Assembly (NCBI GenBank): GCA_902802535.1
Contig: CADCML010000007.1
Span: 26,937-90,936, forward strand
Source: an uncultured Bacteroidia bacterium
GTDB taxonomy: Bacteria > Bacteroidota > Bacteroidia > Bacteroidales > F082
Reading direction: 5' to 3'
DNA: 64,000 nucleotides
The notes beneath the pieces are model-generated. The model saw only the letters and a list, made by a program, of their open reading frames with translations. It was not told where the DNA came from and did no database searches. Position numbers and translations under genes: made by a program. Of this stretch, positions 1 to 9,668 are shown piece after piece; within the stretch, counting starts at the first letter, position 1, and every line of letters starts with the position of its first letter.

Positions 1-429
1 CACCTGTGCCCATCCGCTAATGCCAGGACGTACCGTATGACGCAACCTCTCCTCCTCGGTATACCAAGGAAGATATTCCACCAGCAATGGTCTTGGCCCA
101 ATAAACGACATGTCGCCTTTAAAAACATTGATCAACTGCGGCAACTCATCAATAGATAGTTTCCTGACCACAGCACCGACCTTAGTGAGTCTGTCTTTAT
201 CAGGCAAAAGTTTGCCATCTGCATCCCGTTCGTCGGTCATGGTCTTGAACTTGATGATTTTAAAAATCTTCTCATCCTTGCCCGGACGCTCTTGAAAGAA
301 AAACGCTCCTGCGCCTTTGTTGGCGAAATGAAGGAAGATGGCAACCAATAAGATAAACCAACCAATACACAATAGTGCTATGCTGGAGATAAGGATGTCT
401 AAGAGACGTTTGAAGAAGTGTTTGTACAT
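1..429 (-). CDS. Small phosphoglycosyl transferase ('bacterial sugar transferase', PglC / WbaP C-terminal type); 3' end runs off the window
   Basis: Not in the ORF track because there is no stop inside the window. My minus-strand translation from ATG 429-427 reads MYKHFFKRLLDILISSIALLCIGWFILLVAIFLHFANKG...FKTMTDERD...IDELPQLINVFKGDMSFIGPRPLL. This shows the N-terminal hydrophobic helix plus the DELPQL and GDMSxxGPRP motifs of the family. Confidence 0.85.
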   Translation of the reverse strand, partial: MYKHFFKRLLDILISSIALLCIGWFILLVAIFLHFANKGAGAFFFQERPGKDEKIFKIIKFKTMTDERDADGKLLPDKDRLTKVGAVVRKLSIDELPQLINVFKGDMSFIGPRPLLVEYLPWYTEEERLRHTVRPGISGWAQV

Positions 430-435
430 AACCTA

Positions 436-1626
436 CTATTTAACTATCTTGTCAAAAATATCCATGTATTTATCCACAGCCACTTCTAAGGAAAACTGCT
501 CTTTGCCTAGTTTGAAAGCATTCTCGCCCTGGACTTTAAGCAATTCATCGTTCGTCATATAATCTACAAACGCTTTTGCAGCCTCATCGCTCACTTTGGG
601 AGGTAACACATAGCCACAATTGTGCTTGCGGATGGCATCGGCCTGCCAACCTTCATGATTAATCACCATCGGACGATGAGCCGCCAAAGTATCGAAGAAT
701 TTGTTGGCTGAGTTGTCCCACAGGGCGGGAATGTCAATCACAAACGAGCTGCCAACCGTGGAGATAGAATAGAGATAAGGCAAATCGTTTTTCCTAACAG
801 GGTCAAAAATGAAAACATTCTTGTTCAACACGCCCAACCTCTCTGCCTGCTTAATATTATCTTCCTTTTCTTTGCCTTTGCCCACCAGATAATACCACAC
901 ATCGGGATTGTACTTTATTGTATGCGCTGCCATGTCAATGATGTAGCCCACACCATTCACATTGCCAAAAGTACCGGCGTAAAGCAGCACCTTTTTCCCT
1001 TCTGGCACGGTGATGTCTATTTCCTTCTTAATCTCGGCAAAGCGGTTCACCTCACTGATATTGGGAATCACGACAGATTTATCATTCGGATAACGCCGTT
1101 TGATGTTTTCATCCATGCCAGTTGACAATGGTACCAAAGCAGCAGCTTTCTTGTAGATGCGCATCTCGAAGCCATAGAGAATCTTCTGCAAGAGCTTGTT
1201 TTTGAAATAGCCCATGGCGATAGGCACTCCCGGCCACACATCACGAATCTCAAACACGTACGGTTTCTTTCTTCTGCGGTGCATCACCAACGCGGGATAA
1301 CCGATGGATAACGGTGTGGAGGTAGCCAATACCACATCGCAATCCAACGACAGCGCCTTTTTCTTGGAGTTCTGCATAAAGCTGATGAAGGCTTTCATGC
1401 GCTCCTTAAAACCCATATAATTGCTATAAGGGCAGTTCAATTCATGGAACTTGATGCCCTCGCGTTCATATTCTTTCCACTTCGGGTCACAGGGCTTGCC
1501 CGAGTAACTGGTGATGACAGTTACATCAACCCCTCTTTTCACAAATGAAGTGGCCAAATCATATTTTCTGGTACCACCTGCATTTTCAGGAAAACCAAAG
1601 CCCTGAGTGATGTATAACAATTTCAT
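436..1626 (-). CDS. Glycosyltransferase family 4 (WbuB-like)
   Basis: 396 aa. The N-terminus MKLLYITQGFGFPENAGGTRKYDLATSFVKRGVDVTVIT is typical of GT4 enzymes in O-antigen loci, and the gene sits in glycan-locus context. Confidence 0.8.
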   Translation of the reverse strand: MKLLYITQGFGFPENAGGTRKYDLATSFVKRGVDVTVITSYSGKPCDPKWKEYEREGIKFHELNCPYSNYMGFKERMKAFISFMQNSKKKALSLDCDVVLATSTPLSIGYPALVMHRRRKKPYVFEIRDVWPGVPIAMGYFKNKLLQKILYGFEMRIYKKAAALVPLSTGMDENIKRRYPNDKSVVIPNISEVNRFAEIKKEIDITVPEGKKVLLYAGTFGNVNGVGYIIDMAAHTIKYNPDVWYYLVGKGKEKEDNIKQAERLGVLNKNVFIFDPVRKNDLPYLYSISTVGSSFVIDIPALWDNSANKFFDTLAAHRPMVINHEGWQADAIRKHNCGYVLPPKVSDEAAKAFVDYMTNDELLKVQGENAFKLGKEQFSLEVAVDKYMDIFDKIVK

Positions 1627-1646
1627 ATTGAATGATTTTTAAATGG

Positions 1647-2681
1647 TCAAATTGAATCAAGATCCCAAAATGAAAGGTTCCATTGTTTATTCATAAACCA
1701 ATCATCTTTTTCTTTGATGATAAATGGATTAGGATGGGATGATTTCACAAACATGGTATGCTTTAAGGCATTATACAATTCTGAATCCTCTAAAGCCCAT
1801 ATTCTCACAAAGGCAACATCAGTGTAGTGCTTTGAGAAATACTGTAAAACTAACGAGATAATCCGTGATAGTTGCGTAACTGACTCTTCCTTGCTAACTA
1901 TTTTCTGAATCTTTATTATTGGCAATCCATTGAAATGTCCAAAACCATAGATAACTGTAGCAATGACGACATTATCATGCATTATGGCCAACGATTTCAA
2001 CCCTTTGCTGTTTTTCTGCCATTGAATTGTTGATTCATCATGTGACAAGTTAAGGACATCATTCTTGTCATCCCACAACAACTCATTTATTCCACATTCC
2101 TTGATTTCGTATTTTTTTTGAAAACATGATTTCAACCGCGGAACAATTTTCTGCAAGGCGATACCACTTTTTAGAATGCGGGAAAGTCCTTTTTCTCTGG
2201 ACACAAAACTCCCGACATTATTGACCATAACCATATTGCTCAAAGACAAAATGGTTCTCCATCCCATTTTTTGGAAACCGGGATAAGAATTGCGGTAATT
2301 CGGGAAACCGATGATGGCCTTATAATCGGTGTTGGCAAATACATAATCAACAGCATAATTGACCACCTTTGACCAAATGCCGTAACCTCTTGCCTCGGGC
2401 ACTACTCCACTCTCGCACGATTGAAGCACTTTAATGCTTGCCCCCTGATACTTGTATTCCATTGGCATATAACCATTCATGCCCACAAGGACACCGTCCA
2501 TGTAGGCTCCGAAAAACAAGGAATGGCCAAGAGGGTTGTCATGATGCTTTGCAATCCATTGCTGTTTCTTTTCCTCATAACCCAGTCTGGTACTGAAAGC
2601 AGCCCGATATACTCTCAATTGTTCATCAATTGTATCGTCAGACAACAGCACAACAGATATTGGCTTGTCATTTTTTTTCAT
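1647..2681 (-). CDS. GNAT-type N-acetyltransferase with an extra C-terminal domain
   Basis: 344 aa. The segment VLVGMNGYMPMEY...LQSCESGVVPEARGYGIWSKVV resembles the acetyl-CoA binding core of GNATs. I do not recognise the C-terminal half. Confidence 0.55.
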   Translation of the reverse strand: MKKNDKPISVVLLSDDTIDEQLRVYRAAFSTRLGYEEKKQQWIAKHHDNPLGHSLFFGAYMDGVLVGMNGYMPMEYKYQGASIKVLQSCESGVVPEARGYGIWSKVVNYAVDYVFANTDYKAIIGFPNYRNSYPGFQKMGWRTILSLSNMVMVNNVGSFVSREKGLSRILKSGIALQKIVPRLKSCFQKKYEIKECGINELLWDDKNDVLNLSHDESTIQWQKNSKGLKSLAIMHDNVVIATVIYGFGHFNGLPIIKIQKIVSKEESVTQLSRIISLVLQYFSKHYTDVAFVRIWALEDSELYNALKHTMFVKSSHPNPFIIKEKDDWFMNKQWNLSFWDLDSI

Positions 2682-2769
2682 ATTTCGATTTATTGTCTTG
2701 CTATTTCGCTACTGTATCTTTATCCTTTTTTGTCTGGCATTTAGATTGGTCGTTAGCCTTCCCTCTGTT

Positions 2770-3813
2770 CTATGCTATATGCAACTTATTTAAAACTTTG
2801 ACAAAACACTTATTATGGAACCAAATGAGAGGGATTACGCAAAGAATGACTGTGATATCTGCCAACAATGCATACCAAATACTTGTTTCAACAGGGAACG
2901 CTGGTAAAACCTTATTACCAAGAAATTTTACTATTCTTAAAATGGGTTGGTGGAATGCAAATATAACAAGTGTATTTTGTCCAAGCCAGCCAAGAATTTT
3001 TATCTCTCCTTTAATAAACGACCAAAACAATAATGACAAACCGATAATCCCAAGATAGGATAGCAACTCAAAAATACAAACATTCCCAAAAACGTTCACC
3101 CCCATGTTCACATTATTGTTCAAATAAACCGACAAGACGATATAAACAACAATCAATGCCAGACTTATAAAACCAACTGCATTTTTAGTTGTTGGTGAAT
3201 TGTTTACCTTCACCTCATCACTTGCACACCGTTCACATAAGCCATGTACGAAAAACATCCTGAAAATATTGCCAAGCCAGAAGAATTGCAGTGCTACACA
3301 TGCTATGTTCAAACCCCATGGCAAATTCATCTTAAAACAAAAACCGCAACAAGCCAACACGGAAACTAAAATAAGTTGCTTCCATTTACTTGAAATACGA
3401 CTGATTAAAAAGAAAAGCAATTCCGTGACAAACAAGCATGGCAAAAACCATAGAATAACGTTATGAACCATCAATCCGTGCCACCTTGCACCATAAAGCA
3501 TACCTAATAGCGGCTGCCACCATTCAATATTGAATGATCTGAAATTCCTTTCAAAAAACAACCAATATAACCATGTTATTATGTAGAAAACTAAATAGGG
3601 AATTACTAAAGAGTTGAATCTACTCTTAAAGAATTGTTTCCAATCATATTTCTTCTCATCACACACCAATCCTGATAGGAAGAAAAACAACGGCATGTGA
3701 AATCCATAGATTATATTATGGGCATTATTTGTTAGCAAAGTATGCCCAAAAAGAACAAGCAAAATCCCACATCCCCGAATATTATCTATCCAGTTAATTC
3801 TATTGTTTCCCAT
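2770..3813 (-). CDS. Acyltransferase family 3 (membrane O-acyltransferase)
   Basis: 347 aa, polytopic and hydrophobic. N-terminal signature RINWIDNIRGCGILLVLFGH (R-x10-H). Confidence 0.8.
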   Translation of the reverse strand: MGNNRINWIDNIRGCGILLVLFGHTLLTNNAHNIIYGFHMPLFFFLSGLVCDEKKYDWKQFFKSRFNSLVIPYLVFYIITWLYWLFFERNFRSFNIEWWQPLLGMLYGARWHGLMVHNVILWFLPCLFVTELLFFLISRISSKWKQLILVSVLACCGFCFKMNLPWGLNIACVALQFFWLGNIFRMFFVHGLCERCASDEVKVNNSPTTKNAVGFISLALIVVYIVLSVYLNNNVNMGVNVFGNVCIFELLSYLGIIGLSLLFWSFIKGEIKILGWLGQNTLVIFAFHQPILRIVKFLGNKVLPAFPVETSIWYALLADITVILCVIPLIWFHNKCFVKVLNKLHIA

Positions 3814-3830
3814 CTGTTTTCAAATTTTAA

Positions 3831-4610
3831 TTATTGACTTTCTTTTACAAAGTCTATTGTTTTCACCACTTTAACTTCTGGACAATTTGCCAAGAATGAC
3901 AGTATCTCGGAGAATCTTTCATGATCATAATAGAATTTATCCTTACCCCATCCCGCATCGGTCTTACGCAACACACTGTGAAAGTTCAGTATCACCGAAT
4001 CTCCATCCTGTATCTTTTTTATCAGTTTTATGATTTGTTGCAGTGTGTGATAACAGTTTACAGCAACTGAAGGCAAGATGACTGGCAGATTATTGTGAAT
4101 AATACATTTTTTATTTAACCAGCAAAACAAACTTCCGTTGTGAATCTTACTATCAAGCAACGTGAAAGCTGAATACATAAGTCCCTCACGCCTGGTACGA
4201 ATGCCTGATCTAACGTATGACAGTGTACCCTGTTCCAACAAGGTATCTATCCCTGTTTCGTGAATGTTATCCTTCGTCAAAATGGATGTGGGACTGGCAA
4301 AGCCAATACCTTCAACATTCACGCCCCAAGCCTTCATATCTTCAATATTACGGAGCACACCCTCTTTGGTGTTGTCATGAGTGGCACCATGACAGGCTAT
4401 TTCCACCAATCCAGATTGTTGACAGTCAATAACTTGAAAGCTTTTCATGGCCTTGCTGTCGGCTGATGGCATATTCATCTTAGCAGTACCATTCACAAAG
4501 CCAGAAATCACATTAAGTGTGGCGGGTGTATTATAAATTTTTAGAAGAGGAAACACACGGGTGTAAAAGTCCTCTCTTGAGTCATCAAACGACAAAATGA
4601 TTTTTTTCAT
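3831..4610 (-). CDS. Polysaccharide deacetylase (NodB-like)
   Basis: 259 aa. It has LSFDDS (the TFDD-type motif) and CHGATH (HxxxH), as in NodB homology domains. Confidence 0.7.
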   Translation of the reverse strand: MKKIILSFDDSREDFYTRVFPLLKIYNTPATLNVISGFVNGTAKMNMPSADSKAMKSFQVIDCQQSGLVEIACHGATHDNTKEGVLRNIEDMKAWGVNVEGIGFASPTSILTKDNIHETGIDTLLEQGTLSYVRSGIRTRREGLMYSAFTLLDSKIHNGSLFCWLNKKCIIHNNLPVILPSVAVNCYHTLQQIIKLIKKIQDGDSVILNFHSVLRKTDAGWGKDKFYYDHERFSEILSFLANCPEVKVVKTIDFVKESQ

Positions 4611-4692
4611 AAAAAGATTTTCTTGCCTAAGTTCAACTTATTAATTCAGTATATTTGACTCGAATTTAAGCATTTAGAATTTCAACAATAAG

Positions 4693-5730
4693 TTACTCCA
4701 ACAATCCGATTTTCTTCAGATTAGGAAGACCAAGCACTATCTCCCTGTCATATTTTTTTGATTCTGATTTACAATTCAGCCTTAATGGCTCTATGGCCTC
4801 CCTGTGGTTTATAATCCATTTTATTGTTTCATATAAACGATCATCGTCTTTGGGAGGAATAATAAAACCCGTTTTCCCGTCTTGAATCACTTCACTATTA
4901 TAATGCCAATCTGTGGTGACAACTGGCAAGCCTGCAATAAAAGCATCAATAAAAACGCCAGGGAAACCTTCTCCGTTGTAATAGGTCGGAAAAAGCATAA
5001 TATCATAGGAAGATAACGTCTTGTAACCGTCAATTGTGGTTAAGTTCAATAAACCATTATATCTTGCATTTACTGTCTTATTAACATGTTCTTGAAATGT
5101 TGTGTAGTTCGTGTTGACAATGCCATAAAAATCCATTGATATTTTATCGGAAAGACCTTCCGCATTTAATCGTTTTAAGCAATTAAAAATATTTTCTACA
5201 CCTTTTTCTGGTAAAATACGTGCAACAAACACAAACCTGGTCTGGCTGTAGTCATGCTTGACAATTGGAATATCATAAACAGGCTTGGAGTTTGGTACAT
5301 ATATTGCGTTATTTAACCCAAATTCGTGCAGTGTTTCAACCATTTGGGGGCTTTGTACATATATGGCTTTTAAGTAAGAGTAGTGATTTGCAGGGATAAT
5401 TCCATTTTTTATACGGCCAACAAAACCATTTCCCACAACCCAATAATACACATCATTTTGAATTCTAAAGCGATATAAAAAATCCAAGATTTTAACTGCA
5501 CTTGTCTCGCAAGATACAATGACTTTAGCTTTTCTGACGAAAAACAAATAAAATAAAAGTTTTACGGCTGATAGCGGTCGTTGTTTCCACTTATATGTAT
5601 CCACAGCATAGACTTTCCTAAATACTTTGCTAAATCTATCCACGAAAAGCCTGTTTTTTGTGGTGTCACCTCCATGAGGGATTTCGCCCAATTGAAGCGG
5701 GCCGATAAAAATTAGATTTTTCATTTTCAA
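4693..5730 (-). CDS. Glycosyltransferase (GT4/GT1 fold)
   Basis: 345 aa. C-terminal EGFPGVFIDAFIAGLPVVTTDWHYNSEVIQDGKTGFII is an E-x7-E type motif. Confidence 0.8.
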   Translation of the reverse strand: MKMKNLIFIGPLQLGEIPHGGDTTKNRLFVDRFSKVFRKVYAVDTYKWKQRPLSAVKLLFYLFFVRKAKVIVSCETSAVKILDFLYRFRIQNDVYYWVVGNGFVGRIKNGIIPANHYSYLKAIYVQSPQMVETLHEFGLNNAIYVPNSKPVYDIPIVKHDYSQTRFVFVARILPEKGVENIFNCLKRLNAEGLSDKISMDFYGIVNTNYTTFQEHVNKTVNARYNGLLNLTTIDGYKTLSSYDIMLFPTYYNGEGFPGVFIDAFIAGLPVVTTDWHYNSEVIQDGKTGFIIPPKDDDRLYETIKWIINHREAIEPLRLNCKSESKKYDREIVLGLPNLKKIGLLE

Positions 5731-5877
5731 ATATTTTAATCTCTCAAGTTTTTTTCCCCTACTTGTGATAAGGTTTTTAAATCACCCCGAACTATTTTCA
5801 CCTTTTGCGTTTAGGATGAATAAATCTTCCATAAGGACAATTGGCAGATTGATGAGATAGCCGTATTTTTGCCTAAA

Positions 5878-6453
5878 TTATTCGTTGTGTTCTGTATATT
5901 TTTTCCCGTCTTTCATGATGATTTTGGCCGGAATACCAGAAACCACACAATTGTCAGGAACATCCTTAATGACAACAGAATTAGCAGCAATAGTAACATT
6001 ATTTCCAATAGTGATAGGCCCAAGGATGGTGACTCCAGTTGCAATATATACATTATCACCAATGCGGATGTTGGCATCCTTATCAGGACGACGTTTTCCT
6101 ATCAACACATTGGGCAAAACCGTAGCATTGGCGCCAATTTGCACATCACCGTTCACTCTGAAAAAACCCGGATGGACATAATAAAAACCAGGTCCCAGAC
6201 AATGTGAAGCTACGTTGATGCCATATTTCAACGCCATCTTCCGCTGTTTCAACGAACAATAAAGCAAAGCGGGTAAGTTATACCAATGCTTGTTGTTTTG
6301 ATAATACTCAAGATAGCGGATGTTTCTAAAATAAGAATATATCATCCAAGTCTCACTATAAGTGAACTTTGTCCACCACTTTGGTTTGTGCTTACCATAT
6401 CGAGCCAGATCAGCGGCAAGATATTCTTTTAGGTCTTGTTTGGTTTTAATCAT
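5878..6453 (-). CDS. Hexapeptide-repeat O-acetyltransferase (serine acetyltransferase-like)
   Basis: 191 aa. Left-handed beta-helix repeats IGANATVLPNVLIG...IGDNVYIATGVTILGPITIGNNVTIAANSVV. Confidence 0.75.
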   Translation of the reverse strand: MIKTKQDLKEYLAADLARYGKHKPKWWTKFTYSETWMIYSYFRNIRYLEYYQNNKHWYNLPALLYCSLKQRKMALKYGINVASHCLGPGFYYVHPGFFRVNGDVQIGANATVLPNVLIGKRRPDKDANIRIGDNVYIATGVTILGPITIGNNVTIAANSVVIKDVPDNCVVSGIPAKIIMKDGKKYTEHNE

Positions 6454-7525
6454 TGATTAGTTGTAAATATTGATTTAAGAAACTTTTTTTCAAAAAGCGT
6501 GCGCTCGACAACGCTTCGCTATGTTTACCCATCTTCCATTTTGTCTGCGCATCCAAATCCATGTATTTGATGATTTTTTCGGCCATATCATCCACATCCT
6601 TGGGATTGAATATGTAGCCGTTTTTCCCATCTTCCATGATGTAAGGAATGTCGCTCACTCGGCTTCCCAAAGCAGGGAGTCCACAACACATGGCCTCGCA
6701 CAACACATTAGGGAAGCCTTCCCAAAGCGAGGGAATTATCATCAGGTTATGCTTGCGATATTCCTCCTCAATGGTGCTCGACTGGTTGCAGAAACTCACG
6801 AAATCCTTAATGCCAAGTTCATCCACCAAAGCATCACAATGCTCAGCGATGTTGCGGCCAAAGAAATCCACATGGAACTTACGCCCCGTTTGTGCCACTT
6901 TGGCAATAGCCCTCAAAAAGTTGGGAATATTCTTGGCTTCGTTGTAACGACCCACAAAAATCGCATTGGTGTTCTCATACTCCCCCACTGTTTTTTCTAT
7001 TGGATAGAACTTCTCCTCATCCACGAAATTGTTGATAGCAATCACCTTGTCTTTCAAAAACGGGAAATGCTCTTTGATGAACTTGGATTCCGTTGTAGAA
7101 TTGGGTACAATCACATCGGCAAAGCGATACAACCGATGCTTCGCTGTTGAGCTTCGGGTAATTTGTCTTGTAATTGTACGTTCTGAAACAATCAGCTTAT
7201 ACTTCTTCCGATGAAGCAGGTGATCCACGCACAACAGTTTGGAAATGCCCTTGTAGTAACTAATAACCACATCGGGGCTATACCCTTTGAGGACTTTACG
7301 CAGCTCAAACAAGCGGGTACTGGTTTTCCGCATTGAAGGTGTATAGGCAAAATCCACATGGTTGTTTGCCAATTCATCTTCCAAAAAGTGGTCGTTTTCA
7401 TAATGGATCCAAAAGACCACCTTCACAAGATAACCAGCCTGATGCAACAATTTGGCCAACTCAGTCATCTGGCGCTGGGCACCACCAGAGCCGAGGGAGT
7501 CTATAATACATAGTATTCGTTTCAT
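6446..7525 (-). CDS. Glycosyltransferase family 4
   Basis: 359 aa. MKRILCIIDSLGSGGAQRQM at the N-terminus and EGFPNVLCEAMCCGLPALGSRVSDIPYIMEDGKNGYIF at the C-terminus. It overlaps its neighbours, so translation is probably coupled. Confidence 0.85.
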   Translation of the reverse strand: MKRILCIIDSLGSGGAQRQMTELAKLLHQAGYLVKVVFWIHYENDHFLEDELANNHVDFAYTPSMRKTSTRLFELRKVLKGYSPDVVISYYKGISKLLCVDHLLHRKKYKLIVSERTITRQITRSSTAKHRLYRFADVIVPNSTTESKFIKEHFPFLKDKVIAINNFVDEEKFYPIEKTVGEYENTNAIFVGRYNEAKNIPNFLRAIAKVAQTGRKFHVDFFGRNIAEHCDALVDELGIKDFVSFCNQSSTIEEEYRKHNLMIIPSLWEGFPNVLCEAMCCGLPALGSRVSDIPYIMEDGKNGYIFNPKDVDDMAEKIIKYMDLDAQTKWKMGKHSEALSSARFLKKSFLNQYLQLIND

Positions 7526-8667
7526 GCCAGATTCCTTTCCGTTTTATACCACCCCAAAGCTGTTCCCATGCTGATCATGGCCACCGCCAAAGTTTCGCTC
7601 GTAAATCCCATGGAATATAAGGTTTTAAAGAACCAGATGAGAAGACCAGAAAGAAATGCCATTTTCATCTCAAACGATTCTATTCTTCGCACTTGCAGGA
7701 ATAAAGCAATAAACACGGCCAAATATAATACTACCCCAAGCAAACCATAATCGACCAACACTTCAAGCCAGTCATTATGAGCGCGGTGATGGTTGGTTGA
7801 TTCCAGTCCCACCGTTCCGTCAAAGCCTCTTCCTAACAAAAGATTAGCAAAGTTATCGGAATCGAGCCAAGCGTGCCAAGCAGCAGCGTAAATCCTGTCG
7901 CGACCAGAAGCGTCTCCTTCCTGGGTTTTTTCAATTCTATGCATAAGATAGTCGTTGTTGACAATCCAACGATATGTCATAATAGAGCCAGCAACAATTA
8001 CAACTAATACCAAAACCATCTTCATCATGGAACGACGACTATCTTTAAACATACTGAATACGAACAGAACAGAAGGAATTACGGCCGCAAGAATATTGCC
8101 ACGTTTGGCACTTGACAAAATGAAAAACAAGCACACAAAAAAAGTAATCCATTTCTGGATTCGATTCTTCATAAGAAACAGCATAGGCATCAACATCAGC
8201 ATTGCAACTGAAGCGTTATTGGTAATATCCGTGTCTTCATCCACTGCCAAATTAATTATTGCCATTCTTGTGTAATGATAATATTGCAAAATGGCGGTGA
8301 TAAGCAAAACAATTCCCATCACAGTGATGAAACGATCATTCATCACCCCTTTTTGTGACAAACAAACAAACAAACTTAAAGGTAGCAAGGCACAAAGTAT
8401 GTTGCCAATTTGGGTCGTCGAAGGATTCTTCCATAGATAACTGAAAAAAAAATGAAGCAAATTGATTACTACGAATAGTAAAACCGCTTTTTCGCATGGC
8501 AGGTGTTTTCCTTTCTCAAACACAATTACATATAAAGACAATAGCACTAACCCCAACCGCCATATCAAGTTTGAAAACGGAAACAGCCATCCCACCATAT
8601 TGCCGGCTATACACAACAAAGCAAGGTTACGGATAAGATTGTATTTGTTAATATGCATATAATTCAA
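7522..8667 (-). CDS. wzy: O-antigen polymerase / O-antigen ligase family membrane protein
   Basis: 381 aa and polytopic. It has a Wzy_C-like segment HHRAHNDWLEVLVDYGLLGVVLYLAVF and overlaps both neighbours by 4 nt. Confidence 0.65.
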   Translation of the reverse strand: MNYMHINKYNLIRNLALLCIAGNMVGWLFPFSNLIWRLGLVLLSLYVIVFEKGKHLPCEKAVLLFVVINLLHFFFSYLWKNPSTTQIGNILCALLPLSLFVCLSQKGVMNDRFITVMGIVLLITAILQYYHYTRMAIINLAVDEDTDITNNASVAMLMLMPMLFLMKNRIQKWITFFVCLFFILSSAKRGNILAAVIPSVLFVFSMFKDSRRSMMKMVLVLVVIVAGSIMTYRWIVNNDYLMHRIEKTQEGDASGRDRIYAAAWHAWLDSDNFANLLLGRGFDGTVGLESTNHHRAHNDWLEVLVDYGLLGVVLYLAVFIALFLQVRRIESFEMKMAFLSGLLIWFFKTLYSMGFTSETLAVAMISMGTALGWYKTERNLA

Positions 8668-9668
8668 TGTATTAAGTTTTCTACCATCCAGCCATAGAAA
8701 TCAGGTTCCGGCTCATCATGCCATTGCAGGTCAGAAGTGTAATAACCCGGACAATGCGAAATGCCTTTGGTACCGAAACCATAACTCATCTCAACGATTA
8801 ATGGTTTTTCTTTATCGTAAATAAAATCAAAAGCAACAGATTGAAGTTTGAGCTTTTGAGCGACTTGGAAAGCTATTTCCAAAACCTTCTTGTCGGCTTC
8901 AACATATTCGAAATGACCGCTGCCTGAAGCCCTGAAATCCCCTTTTCTGCAATACCTTCTTTCACACAATGCACGCTCGCCTCCAATGACAACAACTCGG
9001 GTGTCGAATTCATTGTTCGGAATAAACTCCTGAAAATAAGCATATCCTTTCTCGCGGCCATGCATCTTGGCAAAATCGGTGATAACAAACAAACGGCCAA
9101 TGCCTTTTAGCACTCCCACAAAAGAGTCTTTGCCTTCTCTCCATTTGCGATAACGTTCCTTCAGATAACCAGCACGGTCAAATTGAGAGAACCCTCTTCC
9201 AAAGGCCTTTCCTACCAGCTTTCGCGCTTCGCGGGCTGTGTGCGCCAACATCACATTGGCTGCGCCAGCACCACCTCGCAATTTGAAAACTTTTGGGAAC
9301 GATGTTTTCGAAATCCAATCCAATGCCTCTTTTTCTGTGTAAAAAACGTAGGAAGGAACCAATGGGGCTCCTATTGCCTCAAGCAGGTATTTTTGTCCCA
9401 CTTTGTCATCAAAATGCCAACAGGTATGCCAATCCGGAAAAACACATTTACCCGATTCTTCCAACGAATAAATCAATTGTTTGGCAAACAGGATATCTCT
9501 GGGATCGGCATGGTGATGATGCCACATAAAAGCATCACAGTCTTTCACTTGTTCAACAACATCAGAACTGTAAGCATTTATAATTTTATAGTCAATGCCT
9601 TTTTGTTTGCAATACTCAATCCAGTGATCACTGAAACTACCTGGATTGTTATGGATGGCGATTTTCAT
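8664..9668 (-). CDS. ATP-grasp domain protein
   Basis: 334 aa. DDKVGQKYLLEAIGAPLVPSYVF...FPKVFKLRGGAGAANVML is a typical ATP-grasp central-domain pattern. It overlaps the CapA-like gene by 4 nt. Confidence 0.6.
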   Translation of the reverse strand: MKIAIHNNPGSFSDHWIEYCKQKGIDYKIINAYSSDVVEQVKDCDAFMWHHHHADPRDILFAKQLIYSLEESGKCVFPDWHTCWHFDDKVGQKYLLEAIGAPLVPSYVFYTEKEALDWISKTSFPKVFKLRGGAGAANVMLAHTAREARKLVGKAFGRGFSQFDRAGYLKERYRKWREGKDSFVGVLKGIGRLFVITDFAKMHGREKGYAYFQEFIPNNEFDTRVVVIGGERALCERRYCRKGDFRASGSGHFEYVEADKKVLEIAFQVAQKLKLQSVAFDFIYDKEKPLIVEMSYGFGTKGISHCPGYYTSDLQWHDEPEPDFYGWMVENLIH